The translations under genes were made by a program, and so were the position numbers. The notes beneath the pieces were generated by a model. That model saw only the letters and a program-made list of their open reading frames with translations, ran no database searches and had not been told where the DNA came from. From positions 1 through 64,000 of IMG/VR virus record IMGVR_UViG_3300022198_000012: a DNA stretch of 64,000 nucleotides. One strand, written 5' to 3'. The DNA is from an uncultured virus (IMG/VR IMGVR_UViG_3300022198_000012). Its lineage: Duplodnaviria > Heunggongvirae > Uroviricota > Caudoviricetes. This document shows positions 36,401-46,180 of this stretch, one piece after another; positions within the stretch are counted from its first letter, which is position 1, and the number at the start of each line of letters is the position of its first letter.

Positions 36401-37648
36401 TTATACGTTAATGGCTATTTGCACCTGAATTGACTTTAGCTCAAATGCAGGTGTTAGTACGAGGTCTACAATCGCCTTGTTTTCTGCTGGAACATAAGTG
36501 ACATTGAAGTCGCTAGCCAGCAAGGCTCCTAATAGTTGCATACCTCTTAGTGCTGATGAGATCGCTGTTTCCATTGAGTTTCTCATTTGGACAGTCGATG
36601 GCTCACCAACAAACTTTTGACATGATTGACGAACAATGCTTGCAGCTTCGTTTACAATTCTCTTTGTCGAAAGACGAACGTAATCTGAGCTAGATGCAGA
36701 GAAGGTTACACCATCTCCAAAAACTGCAATCTTGTTGAAGTTAAGAATTACTGAGTTGACACCCTTATTGGCTATTGTCTCTTGCTGTGTTCTTGTTGGA
36801 ACATAACGAAGACCCTGAACATTATAGAGTGGCTTGTTTGTAATTGCTGAATATGAATTAAGGCGTGTTATTGCAGCTGCTGTTGTGCATGCTCCATTTG
36901 CGTAGCCAAAATCTGTTCCTGCAGCTGTTCCATAGCCAACTGGCTTTAGCTCAGTTGCTACAACTGTAAGGTATGGACCGTACTCTTTCAAGGCTGAATC
37001 TTCCTTGTCTGGAAGTGTTGACAGACCTAAATGAGAAGCTATCTGCGAAGGAGTCATAACTTCTTTTGTGCCAGAGTCGTAAGGCTTAATTCCCATTACT
37101 GCGATGCATGGGTGTGTATTCTCTGATATTTCCTTGACCTTTGCTGCTACCTTATATGCCCAGCTCTGAATTACTGTTGCACTATTGTTTGCATGGAAAC
37201 CATACTCAGTGTCATCAGGTGTTGCTGGATCTTCCCAGTCATCTGCTACTCCGCCCCTACCCCAAGGAACGATCACATCTGGAAGAACTGTTTCAGCGGC
37301 TGTGAATGCAGCGTCAAAGACTGATCCTCCGAATGAAGAACTTGTAACTGCAGATGTGCCGGTATGGGTCCATGCTGTGTCGGATGGCAGTGGGACCATG
37401 TATATTCTTTCTGCTCCACCGGCTACCAATTCAAGAAATGCCTTGTGAAGATCAGAACCCTCACCAAAGGCATCTATTACATCTTTTTCAGTTGTTGCCT
37501 GAACAACGTCTAGGTCGCTTACATTGCCTGTATCATCTGCTGTATCTCTCTTGGCGATTACGACAATTCTTGGACCGGCTGGCGTGTCAGTGCGAGAGAT
37601 GCTGTAGAAGCGATCTCTGATTAGCGTAGTTACTCCTGGTATAGCCAT
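36401..37648 (-). CDS. Tail sheath protein
   Basis: Start at MAIPGV (GGAGG RBS upstream); C-terminal sheath motif YVRLSTKRIV...FVGEP...LTPAFELKSI. Confidence 0.8.
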   Translation of the reverse strand: MAIPGVTTLIRDRFYSISRTDTPAGPRIVVIAKRDTADDTGNVSDLDVVQATTEKDVIDAFGEGSDLHKAFLELVAGGAERIYMVPLPSDTAWTHTGTSAVTSSSFGGSVFDAAFTAAETVLPDVIVPWGRGGVADDWEDPATPDDTEYGFHANNSATVIQSWAYKVAAKVKEISENTHPCIAVMGIKPYDSGTKEVMTPSQIASHLGLSTLPDKEDSALKEYGPYLTVVATELKPVGYGTAAGTDFGYANGACTTAAAITRLNSYSAITNKPLYNVQGLRYVPTRTQQETIANKGVNSVILNFNKIAVFGDGVTFSASSSDYVRLSTKRIVNEAASIVRQSCQKFVGEPSTVQMRNSMETAISSALRGMQLLGALLASDFNVTYVPAENKAIVDLVLTPAFELKSIQVQIAINV

Positions 37649-37697
37649 GTTATTTTTAAACCTCCGACTAGGATATGGGGCATTGCGAGTCTTCAAA

Positions 37698-37707
37698 TAT
37701 AGTAACA
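37698..37707 (-). promoter_or_regulatory. Putative promoter -10 element (TGTTACTATA)
   Basis: The recurrent intergenic TTACTATA motif, here upstream of the sheath gene. Confidence 0.45.
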
Positions 37708-37765
37708 GATAACTTATAAAAATAACTCGGAGACTGTTGATGCGTGTTTGTTTTTATATATATTA

Positions 37766-38566
37766 TCATGAATTTGGCGTTGCTGTTTGCTGCAAATCCA
37801 CTATACTGACCGTAGTGCCCTCGTAGTTTGGGGTGGCTGGTTGATTTATTAATTCTTGCTCGTAAGCCATTCCTAATCTTACGTCTAGGGCAACTGATTC
37901 CACCGTAGAGGCTTTTGCAGCAAAGGTTTTTTCGGTTGTAAGCATGTAGGTTACTGTTCTTTTGTGAACGTCTTTTTGGTCCCTATTTACCTCAGAGTCA
38001 GATAACCTTCTGGAATATGTTAATTCTGATGCTCCTATTTTTTTAAAGATTGGCGTATACTCCAGCATGAAGTTCTCAAATGTCTCTATTAAAGATTCGA
38101 CTAGGTAGGCGTTATCGTGGTCGTCGTCTATTGAATTTGGATTAGAACCTAATCTTTTGCCGACCGGAGACATTGCTGTAAATGCGATTATATTTTGAAA
38201 TCTTTGACCATATATATAGACGTCATTGCTTGTTATCTGTCTCATTCTTGGCTTTGGCTCAACAGAATGAGTCTTTCTTAGCTCTAAAGAATAAGTGATT
38301 ATTGCATCTGTGTCTTCATATCTGCCTGTTGTCTGACCAGTTTCTGGATCTATATAATTTGGATTAAACCATGTAAAAGCTGGATCTCCACTTGAAGAAG
38401 ATTTAATTGGATAATTTGGAAATGATTCTTCCCAGATACTTTTAACTGTAGCTATAAACTCAAGATAACTTAAATTACCCTCAGACTGAAGTGGCTGAGC
38501 AAATTTTAATTTTGTATACGAATCGGTTCCACCAAATCTTGGCCAACTTATTGCGTCTTGTGCCAT
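37766..38566 (-). CDS. Tail completion/terminator-like protein
   Basis: 266 aa; lies between neck genes and the sheath; function from context only. Confidence 0.5.
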   Translation of the reverse strand: MAQDAISWPRFGGTDSYTKLKFAQPLQSEGNLSYLEFIATVKSIWEESFPNYPIKSSSSGDPAFTWFNPNYIDPETGQTTGRYEDTDAIITYSLELRKTHSVEPKPRMRQITSNDVYIYGQRFQNIIAFTAMSPVGKRLGSNPNSIDDDHDNAYLVESLIETFENFMLEYTPIFKKIGASELTYSRRLSDSEVNRDQKDVHKRTVTYMLTTEKTFAAKASTVESVALDVRLGMAYEQELINQPATPNYEGTTVSIVDLQQTATPNS

Positions 38567-38567
38567 A

Positions 38568-40163
38568 CTATGCTCCTGGACCTGCGGCTAATGATAAATC
38601 AATTTTCTTTAATCCCAAAGAAGATATTACATTAATATAAAGTATTATAACACCTTTTTCTGTTGGATCTGGTTTTGCCTTGAATTCAAAATCAACTATT
38701 ATTTTATCTTTTTTCATTGAGCTCAGAAGAGAGCTAACTGAAGAAACTATTGTGTCATATCCAAACTTGCCTATTGTATCGTAACCGTATCCTTTTATTT
38801 TACTTGCAAGATAAGATACAAGCCTAATTTGTGGAAGCTTGCTAAAAGTTGAATTCATCGCAGCCATAGTAAAGTCATTAGTCAAATACACCTCAAATGG
38901 TTGAGATCGTCTAGCTTTATTGCTTCTATATATTGTATTGACTCCTATTAGCTCTAGTCTTTTCATTTCAGATGTATTTAGACTTGAGCCGAAAAGGGAT
39001 ATTGCTCCAGGTATTCTTTTTCTTATCATTCCAATATTTAATGGATTTGATGCTACCAAACCTGCGACTGCTGCAGACACAGAATTTGTATACGAAAAGT
39101 CTAAATGCGAATGAGAAAAAACAGCTTCCCCATAAACTGGAATAACATATCTGCCTTTATCAGAGGTGATTTGGCCCAAAGAATTAAATTCAGTTAATTT
39201 ATTTGTAATAACAGAATTGGCTTCAAGTATATCTATATCAGAAGACGAGACTCCTCTTGTTTTAGATCCGATTATTCCAACCTGCACGTATCCCGTTGTA
39301 TTGTGAAATTCATCTAAATAATTTGACAATTGAGTAATAAAATCTGGCCCACCAGTTGAAATAATAGATGTTTCAAGTGGAACTATTATGTCTATAAAAT
39401 CAAGCTCAGATAAAACAGAATATGTTTGTTCCAATCTTTCATAATATCTTTCATAAAATGTTTGCGAAGATGGAGTAGCTAAACCAACATCAAAATAATT
39501 TACCGAAACTAATCTTTGATCAAAATCTTGAACATACTCAAACATTGGCGCAGCAGAACAAATAAATATACTTCTTGCTCCAGCTCCGTATGCGTCAAAT
39601 ACGCCCCTTAATAGCGGACTATTGTTATCGCCTCTCAGCAAGTCTACTGCGTGTTGAACGGATCGAATTTTTACTGGACTGTTAAGTTCTAGTCCATCGC
39701 CATGCCCAACTAGCAAAACAGATTGCATGTTTGAAGAATTTAGATCTTCATAGGATGGCCTATAGGTGATGCTACTTGATCTATTTCCCATTGGAACAGT
39801 TGGCTGCAGATTGTACTGAGAATCTTTTACTTCAAAACTAGATTCTATAATAATTTCTAAAGTATCTTTGAATGTCTTTGCAATTACTGTATATTTTCCA
39901 GGAAAAAGATTTTCTGGTATTTTATAATTAAAAACAAATTCAGAGTTAGCGCTTTTTTCTATGTAGGCATTGGGGTCCGGCGTTGCGTTTGTAAAAAGAT
40001 AGGATATTGGATTTAAAATTATTGAAGAAAATCTATTATCGCCTCTTGTAATTCCTATCGTAACATCTATGGGCGTAGCCTGATTTGTTGGATCATAGGC
40101 TGATCCATTGTCAACAAAAAGAAATTTGATTTTTATTAAATCATTTTTTTTAACTATTAACAT
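38568..40163 (-). CDS. Second tail-sheath-like protein with an N-terminal Ig-like domain
   Basis: Sheath-like C-terminal half (SPLLRGVFDAY..GA, LELIGVNTI, FSKLPQIRLV). Confidence 0.6.
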   Translation of the reverse strand: MLIVKKNDLIKIKFLFVDNGSAYDPTNQATPIDVTIGITRGDNRFSSIILNPISYLFTNATPDPNAYIEKSANSEFVFNYKIPENLFPGKYTVIAKTFKDTLEIIIESSFEVKDSQYNLQPTVPMGNRSSSITYRPSYEDLNSSNMQSVLLVGHGDGLELNSPVKIRSVQHAVDLLRGDNNSPLLRGVFDAYGAGARSIFICSAAPMFEYVQDFDQRLVSVNYFDVGLATPSSQTFYERYYERLEQTYSVLSELDFIDIIVPLETSIISTGGPDFITQLSNYLDEFHNTTGYVQVGIIGSKTRGVSSSDIDILEANSVITNKLTEFNSLGQITSDKGRYVIPVYGEAVFSHSHLDFSYTNSVSAAVAGLVASNPLNIGMIRKRIPGAISLFGSSLNTSEMKRLELIGVNTIYRSNKARRSQPFEVYLTNDFTMAAMNSTFSKLPQIRLVSYLASKIKGYGYDTIGKFGYDTIVSSVSSLLSSMKKDKIIVDFEFKAKPDPTEKGVIILYINVISSLGLKKIDLSLAAGPGA

Positions 40164-40538
40164 TTATTTTGTCTCTTCTTTTGTTGCCCCAACTGCCCAA
40201 AAAACTATTTTACCACCTCTTCCCCTTCTCGGGGAGCAAGCGTCTATAACGTACATTGTCTGTTGACCAAAATTGTTTGGAAGCTTTTCGTATATTCTAT
40301 CGCCTTCTTTTGGATTAACAGAAGCTTCAAAAAAGTATACTACCTCTGAATTTACTGATATTCCTTCATCTAGTTCTTGGGCGAGTTTGGCGTTTGCTGC
40401 TCCAGATGTATATACGTTCCTTGTTGTTACTCTTTCTAAGGAATCTTTATAGTTTCCATTTGCCATGATTCTCTGGATGTAAACATCATGACCCCAACTT
40501 GATAGTATTTTTTTGAATGTTTTTTCAAGATTAATCAT
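40164..40538 (-). CDS. Head closure / head-tail joining protein (putative)
   Basis: 124 aa, WGHDVYIQR...PKEGDRIYE...RGRGGKI; neck-module position. Confidence 0.55.
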   Translation of the reverse strand: MINLEKTFKKILSSWGHDVYIQRIMANGNYKDSLERVTTRNVYTSGAANAKLAQELDEGISVNSEVVYFFEASVNPKEGDRIYEKLPNNFGQQTMYVIDACSPRRGRGGKIVFWAVGATKEETK

Positions 40539-41436
40539 AGCTTCTTATGCCTCGTCTAGGCATAGGATCTTCTTTCGGAAGGATTTTTCTTCCGGGCCCA
40601 TACAATTCTCTATCTGAAAGATAATATACTTTTCCTGTTTCTGGATCAATATTCTTGCCAGATGTACCAATGCTTTCGGTTGGAAGACCTTTTGGCACCA
40701 TACCTCTTGGGCCTGTTTTACCTGCTAACATTTCTTTTCTTAAGGCTGCTGCTATTTGACACCATGTGGTTGCATTTCCTCTGGTGACTTCTATTCTTGG
40801 AAGGTTTCTGGTTGTTACCGTCAGGTCTCCAAGCTGGACTGAAACATCATCATCTCCGCCATAAGAGTATGTTCTGCTTAAATCGCAAGCTGCAGCTGCT
40901 TTGATATACTCTAGTGCATTATACGGAAGGTCCGCACCTGTGGCGTCATCGTTTAACGAGTATATTTGTTTTACCTCAAGAGAATGACTGTATACTGCTT
41001 CTCCTATTTCAATTAGTGATGCTTCTGGAAAATATGCTTTTAATTCTTCTGGGTCTAAATATAGCGGGACTATATCTGGGGCAAAAGTTATCATTTCATC
41101 TGCTTTTAATATTACAGTAGGCTCGTATTCTTCTGTAGAGGTACTTACATAAAGCTGTTGATTCACGGTTATAGAAGTTCCACCACTTAGACTTCCAACA
41201 AATGTTATTTTATATGTATCAGCTACTGACGGGGTAAAGTCATAATAATATTCTGAATCCGATATTTTACCTGAAGTAGTGATGTTCTGAGTTACGACTA
41301 CAGTATCATCAGATTTTTTAATCGTTACAACTACAGCGACTGGAGTAACCGGTATTTGAGCTCCAGTTACTGGATTAGTGTCAACAAATTTAACTTTAAT
41401 TCTTACTGTGTCATTGACTAAAACGCTGGTAGCCAT
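40531..41436 (-). CDS. Head-tail adaptor-like protein with an N-terminal Ig-like domain
   Basis: Beta-rich N-terminus; C-terminal EYIKAAAACDL...VQLGDLTV. Confidence 0.55.
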   Translation of the reverse strand: MATSVLVNDTVRIKVKFVDTNPVTGAQIPVTPVAVVVTIKKSDDTVVVTQNITTSGKISDSEYYYDFTPSVADTYKITFVGSLSGGTSITVNQQLYVSTSTEEYEPTVILKADEMITFAPDIVPLYLDPEELKAYFPEASLIEIGEAVYSHSLEVKQIYSLNDDATGADLPYNALEYIKAAAACDLSRTYSYGGDDDVSVQLGDLTVTTRNLPRIEVTRGNATTWCQIAAALRKEMLAGKTGPRGMVPKGLPTESIGTSGKNIDPETGKVYYLSDRELYGPGRKILPKEDPMPRRGIRSYD

Positions 41437-41479
41437 AATATCTCCATAGTGTCAGGATACGTATTTATAGTAGCTATTT

Positions 41480-41773
41480 TTAGCTTAATATGGCTATTTC
41501 ACTGTTGTCGGTAATTGCTATAGATTCAACAGAAACCAAGGCGGATACGTCTTCATCCAAAACTTCTACGGTAACATATCCGGAAGGACTGACCTCCATC
41601 GATACAACTGCTATTGTCGTGTAATTTGAATAGTCTTCTTGGCCGCCAATTAAAATTGCAATATTATTTAATATTATTGGAGAAGAAAGGCCTTGGGCGT
41701 ATATGACCAAAGTGCCAGTATACGAATAGTTAGGTTGATTATAGTTTATTGCATCGCTATACAGCATCGGCAT
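41480..41773 (-). CDS. Hypothetical protein
   Basis: 97 aa ORF co-oriented with the structural module. Confidence 0.55.
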   Translation of the reverse strand: MPMLYSDAINYNQPNYSYTGTLVIYAQGLSSPIILNNIAILIGGQEDYSNYTTIAVVSMEVSPSGYVTVEVLDEDVSALVSVESIAITDNSEIAILS

Positions 41774-41907
41774 CTTCTTTGAGTAGTGATCATTTTATTG
41801 GCTTATCATTGTCATTTTAATTTTAAAATTTATCATTGCGGACTTTTGGCATTTCTATACTTTTTGCGATATACTATATAGTAATATGTACAAATAAGGA
41901 GCTCATT

Positions 41908-42141
41908 ATGTCGGCATGGAAAGAATTTAAGAAAAAAATAGGAAATACACCAATAGCGCTTTTAGATGCACAAAGTAAGGTTTCAGAAGAAGTGGCAAAA
42001 GAAAGAATGGATATTTGTGAAGGCTGCGAGCATTTAGTTGCAACCACTAAACAATGTAGGAAGTGCGGCTGCTTTATGAAATTGAAAGTAACCCTTAAAA
42101 GAGCTCACTGTCCAATCGACAAATGGGGAACTGTCGAATAG
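41908..42141 (+). CDS. Small Cys-rich protein (DUF6171-like)
   Basis: AAGGAG RBS then ATG at 41908; RMDICEGCEHL...QCRKCGCFMKLK...CPIDKW. Confidence 0.7.
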   Translation: MSAWKEFKKKIGNTPIALLDAQSKVSEEVAKERMDICEGCEHLVATTKQCRKCGCFMKLKVTLKRAHCPIDKWGTVE

Positions 42142-42178
42142 TCGTTGGCATTAAGCTTCTTTATCGCAAAAACTCTTT

Positions 42179-42956
42179 TTAAGAATAAAGGTCTTGAATT
42201 ACATTTTGATGACTGATATAAAAAATATTATTATACTTTTTATATGATTTTTCTTCTTTGTCGTTAGATCCGTTCTAAACCATAAAATCCATTTACTCCA
42301 GAAAAATAATGAGCTATAATAGACTCTCTTGGAGTATTTTGGTCTTCTGGCGTTAAGGCCATGTGCAGAGTGTGCCCTTGCCAAAGGAGGGCATCTCCTT
42401 TTTGGGGAAGAAAAACTTGAGGCTCCCCATTGTTTTTTTGTATCTCTTTCTCAAGATAGCTAATAACTTCTTGTGGATCTTTTTTATAGTATATATGAAT
42501 ATCAGTATTCCACAAATGAGATCCCGGGACAAACGCAAAAGGTCCAGATTTTGGACTAATGTCTTCAAGAGCTATCCATAAACCAGCGTAATTTTCTGCA
42601 GATACCTTATCTACTTGACTTCCAACGATATAATCATGATGCCAAGCCTTCTGTGTAGAAACCCAACCAGTAAAGGCCAAATGTAATATCATTTTTTCTA
42701 AACCAAGTTTAGAAAAAACTTCATATATTGAGTCATGACATAACAGTGGTAAAATTTCTTCATGTTCCATGAAAGGATTTGATTGTTTCCATCCATTCTT
42801 ACTTAACATTGAATTAACAGTTCCATTGTAATTGGGCGCATTAATGCTTGTCCAGTATTGTTTATAATTGTCTATGGCATCGTGTGGAATTAAATTTTTT
42901 ATTATTATATATCCATTTTTTTGATAAAAATCTTTTTCATTCATTTTATTCTCCAT
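42179..42956 (-). CDS. Phytanoyl-CoA dioxygenase (PhyH)-family 2OG-Fe(II) oxygenase; 230 aa unshifted, about 258 aa with +1 shift at 42269-42272
   Basis: FYQKNGYIII, WHHD, WIALEDI...GPFAFVPGSH and GDALLW...LH motifs. Confidence 0.75.
42269..42272 (-). other. Putative +1 recoding site 6 (GAA CGG A)
   Basis: CGG ATC TAA in frame 0; +1 adds GSNDKEEKSYKKYNNIFYISHQNVIQDLYS to a TAA at 42179-42181. Confidence 0.55.
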
Positions 42957-42962
42957 TTAAGT

Positions 42963-42971
42963 ATAGTAACA
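42963..42971 (-). promoter_or_regulatory. Extended -10 (TGTTACTAT), 6 nt before ATG; probable leaderless transcript
   Basis: TGn plus -10-like hexamer immediately upstream of the start at 42956. Confidence 0.45.
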
Positions 42972-42980
42972 TATATCTCA

Positions 42981-43751
42981 TTAACGTGTCTGTCCGCAAT
43001 CTTTCCTTAAATTTGGAATCCATATCCTATTATCGTTTGGATTTGCGTTCTCTGGTGTTCCATAGCAAAAGGCAGCTAGATATGCTACTCTAATCCCGTT
43101 TTTAACTGGTGTAACCTCGTGAGTTCCAACATAATTAGCTGGAGATACAACGGCTGTACCCATTCTTGGTTTATGAATATAGTTTGCGTGTTTAAACTTG
43201 ATTAATCCGCCAGTAAAATTGGTTTGATCGATTTCATGTTCATTTTCGACGCTATCGTTCATATATATATTAATACTGACTTTAACATGTTTTGGATATT
43301 CATTTATCTGTCCCATATTTTCTTGATATGGTATATTGTCGTCGCAGTGTTGGCCTATTCCTTGACCAGATGTGTACGTTGCAAAATGCCCTGGATATCT
43401 CCACCAGCAAACTGTAGCTGCCGCAGGATATATTTTGCAATACTCAACTAGAATTTTATATAACAAATCCTCTAAAAAAAATACAATGTCTTTCTGTTCT
43501 TTTGTTGGTTTTTGGTCATGCCAATTGCAAAGTGGATCTATAAATCTTTCGGGGGCAAGATTAATAGAATCTAAATCAAATTTAAAACCAGTCCTGTTTA
43601 TAGCGTACTTTTTTCCATTTTCCTCTACATAAGTAAATGTGCCCTGTTCTATTTTCCTTAAAAAATTTATATATTCAATTATTTTTTTGGGATCTATATT
43701 AAAAAGATTTTCAAATATACATAATCCACTTCCTACATCTATTATTTTCAC
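42981..43751 (-). CDS. Prolyl 4-hydroxylase-like 2OG-Fe(II) oxygenase
   Basis: HCD...YMND...FTGG...HEVTPVKNGIR. Confidence 0.8.
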   Translation of the reverse strand: MKIIDVGSGLCIFENLFNIDPKKIIEYINFLRKIEQGTFTYVEENGKKYAINRTGFKFDLDSINLAPERFIDPLCNWHDQKPTKEQKDIVFFLEDLLYKILVEYCKIYPAAATVCWWRYPGHFATYTSGQGIGQHCDDNIPYQENMGQINEYPKHVKVSINIYMNDSVENEHEIDQTNFTGGLIKFKHANYIHKPRMGTAVVSPANYVGTHEVTPVKNGIRVAYLAAFCYGTPENANPNDNRIWIPNLRKDCGQTR

Positions 43752-44635
43752 TGCCTATTCACCACCTTGTATTGAGCCGAGTGTTCTGAATAATTTTTTG
43801 ATTTTAAATATTTTTTATAGTTATCGATTAGGTCTGGCATGTAGAGGTTGGTCGCTGTTTTTGCGGCTTCTGGATTTTTTAGTGGATCTACAACATTTTC
43901 TCCCACCTGTGCATTTGGAGTTCCTTGACTATACCAGCCAAGATAAGAGTATCTTTCTCCAGCCTGAACAGTTGTTACCTCGTGTGCAGCTACATAATTT
44001 GAAGGGAAAAACAGTATATCTCCTTTTGATGGTTTATAATTTATATTTAGATAGTTAAAATAATGATGACCACCAACAAATTTATTGTTATTTATTTCAT
44101 GTTTTGAATCAACACAATCATTTAAATAAAAAACAGTACTAATAGTATTTCTAGTGGCCAATTGATCGGTTGGCGTCCAAACTCCGTACGAATAATCCGC
44201 ACTTATATCAGAATGAGACCCCAAGAAAACGCCCTGTTTATACTGAACGATATGACCTTTTACTTTCCACCATACGCATTTTGCTGCTAGTGGAAATATT
44301 TCAAAATATTTAAATAAGTACTCATCCTTTGATGTTTCTATAAAATCAAAAATTGATTTTATTTTTTCATCAGCATAGGTATGTATTGCCGAACCCCTAC
44401 CGGGCATTAGATCTACGGATTCCTTGGGGAAAAAATAGCCACTTTTATTCACGTAGCATTCTTCATTTGTTTCTGGATTGATAGACAATTTATACATTTC
44501 TTTTTTTTCTTTATTTATGGATTTTTTAGCAAAATCCAACACATAATCCCAGTCTAATTCTAAAGCTGATTCAAACAAAATTACTCCGCCACCAAGATTT
44601 TTGGGAGCTACATTATTATTTTTGGTCATAATCAA
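43748..44635 (-). CDS. Prolyl 4-hydroxylase-like 2OG-Fe(II) oxygenase
   Basis: HSD...YLND...GG...FFPSN...HEVTTVQAGERY. Confidence 0.8.
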   Translation of the reverse strand: MIMTKNNNVAPKNLGGGVILFESALELDWDYVLDFAKKSINKEKKEMYKLSINPETNEECYVNKSGYFFPKESVDLMPGRGSAIHTYADEKIKSIFDFIETSKDEYLFKYFEIFPLAAKCVWWKVKGHIVQYKQGVFLGSHSDISADYSYGVWTPTDQLATRNTISTVFYLNDCVDSKHEINNNKFVGGHHYFNYLNINYKPSKGDILFFPSNYVAAHEVTTVQAGERYSYLGWYSQGTPNAQVGENVVDPLKNPEAAKTATNLYMPDLIDNYKKYLKSKNYSEHSAQYKVVNRQ

Positions 44636-45560
44636 TCTTGTTTGGAAGATTTTTTCTTGTACCAGAACTACTAAGTCTTAACTCAGTTGGTTTTAATAGT
44701 TCTTGTATTTTTGGGTCAAAAAACTTTTGATTGGAATTAGAGATATCATATTTTTTTATTATATAATTTAAATAATCTTCTCTTAAATTTTTCATCCAAA
44801 TTTGACCTTGACTTCCAGCAGGAAGTTCTTCTTCAATTATATTAATTCCTCTCTCTGGATGAGAAGAGCCCTGAGCAAAATATCCTATGTAGGCATACCT
44901 ATGGCCATTGATGCACTTTTGTATCTGGTGTGTTCCTAGATAATTTGATGGAAACATTAGTAGATCTCCAGATTTAGGAGTATATTTTACATCTGCGTAA
45001 GGGAAATATATTTCTCCATTATTGTATTCGTATTTTTTTATATCTTCTTTAGTCGAAACTGAAGAATTTAGATAAATTATTGAACCAACAACATTTCTAG
45101 TTGCTAGCTGTAGATCTGGCTCTTCTTTAAATTGATAATTTACATCATTGTCGTTATGGATTCCCATATCGCTACCTGGACTATATGCGAGTACATGCCC
45201 CAAAGTTTTCCACCATATATTTCTTAATATCATTGGAAATAATTCTATATACTCTAATAATTTTTGATACATTACTTTTTCACAGTTTGCAAAAAAAATT
45301 GCTAGTTCTTTAGGACTTTGTTCATTAATAAAATTCATTATATGACTTGCTGAAATTTCAATATCTCTTATATTGTATTTATGTCCACTTCTGTTTACAG
45401 CGTACGGTATGCCATTATCTTCTTCGACAATAGTATAATCTTCTCGAATTGCTTTTTGTTTTAAAGCGGATAAATATGGAATTATTAAATCTTGATCAAC
45501 CTTAATTGAATTTGGAAAACAAACTATTCCCATACCATAGTTTATATAATTTGAAGACAT
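44616..45560 (-). CDS. Prolyl 4-hydroxylase-like 2OG-Fe(II) oxygenase
   Basis: HND...YLN...GE..FP...MFPSN...HQI...GHRY. Confidence 0.8.
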   Translation of the reverse strand: MSSNYINYGMGIVCFPNSIKVDQDLIIPYLSALKQKAIREDYTIVEEDNGIPYAVNRSGHKYNIRDIEISASHIMNFINEQSPKELAIFFANCEKVMYQKLLEYIELFPMILRNIWWKTLGHVLAYSPGSDMGIHNDNDVNYQFKEEPDLQLATRNVVGSIIYLNSSVSTKEDIKKYEYNNGEIYFPYADVKYTPKSGDLLMFPSNYLGTHQIQKCINGHRYAYIGYFAQGSSHPERGINIIEEELPAGSQGQIWMKNLREDYLNYIIKKYDISNSNQKFFDPKIQELLKPTELRLSSSGTRKNLPNKIDYDQK

Positions 45561-45562
45561 AT

Positions 45563-46180
45563 TTAACCTAACGATTCAATAATTAATTCTTTTATAGTAA
45601 AATTAGATCCCATAATTACAGGCTCTTTATCTAGGGGCATGTCGCGCCAATTAAACCTCATTATAACTTGACCATCTCTTCCAACTAAGAACTTTTCATA
45701 ATTATGAGGTATTCTATTCATTGCTTGACCCGCTAAATTTTGACCTTCTGCGGCTTTTGCGGTTCCATCAGCTTTTGTGTCTGAGTATCTTCTTCTTTCT
45801 TTTCCTTTTAAGAAAGAAAAAAGCTCATGCTCATTTGATCCATTAACATCAATTTTTTCTGATATTGGAAAATTAACATACTGATAGTTTTTTTTAATAA
45901 ACTCGTAAATTTGCTCATTAGATGAAGGCTCCATTTTTCCAAATTGATTACAAGGAATTCCTATAACTGAAAAACCACTTTCCTTAAACTCATTATGAAT
46001 TTGCTGAAGCTCCCATAAATGCCTGCTCGTTCTAGCGTAAGACCATAATGGACTACATCTGGGTTTATATCCGCACTTACTTGATATATTAACTATTAGA
46101 GTTAGTTTTCCTTTAAATTGGGCAAGAAGATTTTCTTGTTGATTTATTGATTTTATTAAAATGTCATATACGTTATTCAT
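45563..46180 (-). CDS. Glutathione peroxidase family protein (Cys-type)
   Basis: LIVNISSKCG, GIPCNQFG..E, KIDVNG..EHELF and NYEKFLVGRDG. Confidence 0.85.
   Translation of the reverse strand: MNNVYDILIKSINQQENLLAQFKGKLTLIVNISSKCGYKPRCSPLWSYARTSRHLWELQQIHNEFKESGFSVIGIPCNQFGKMEPSSNEQIYEFIKKNYQYVNFPISEKIDVNGSNEHELFSFLKGKERRRYSDTKADGTAKAAEGQNLAGQAMNRIPHNYEKFLVGRDGQVIMRFNWRDMPLDKEPVIMGSNFTIKELIIESLG

Noticed and set aside
37649..37696. N-terminal extension of the sheath ORF (MKTRNAP...), which includes an in-frame CGG
   Set aside because: That CGG is part of the GGAGG RBS for the more likely start at 37648, so the extension is probably untranslated.
45563..46180. Selenocysteine in the glutathione peroxidase
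   Set aside because: The catalytic position is an ordinary Cys codon with no in-frame TGA.
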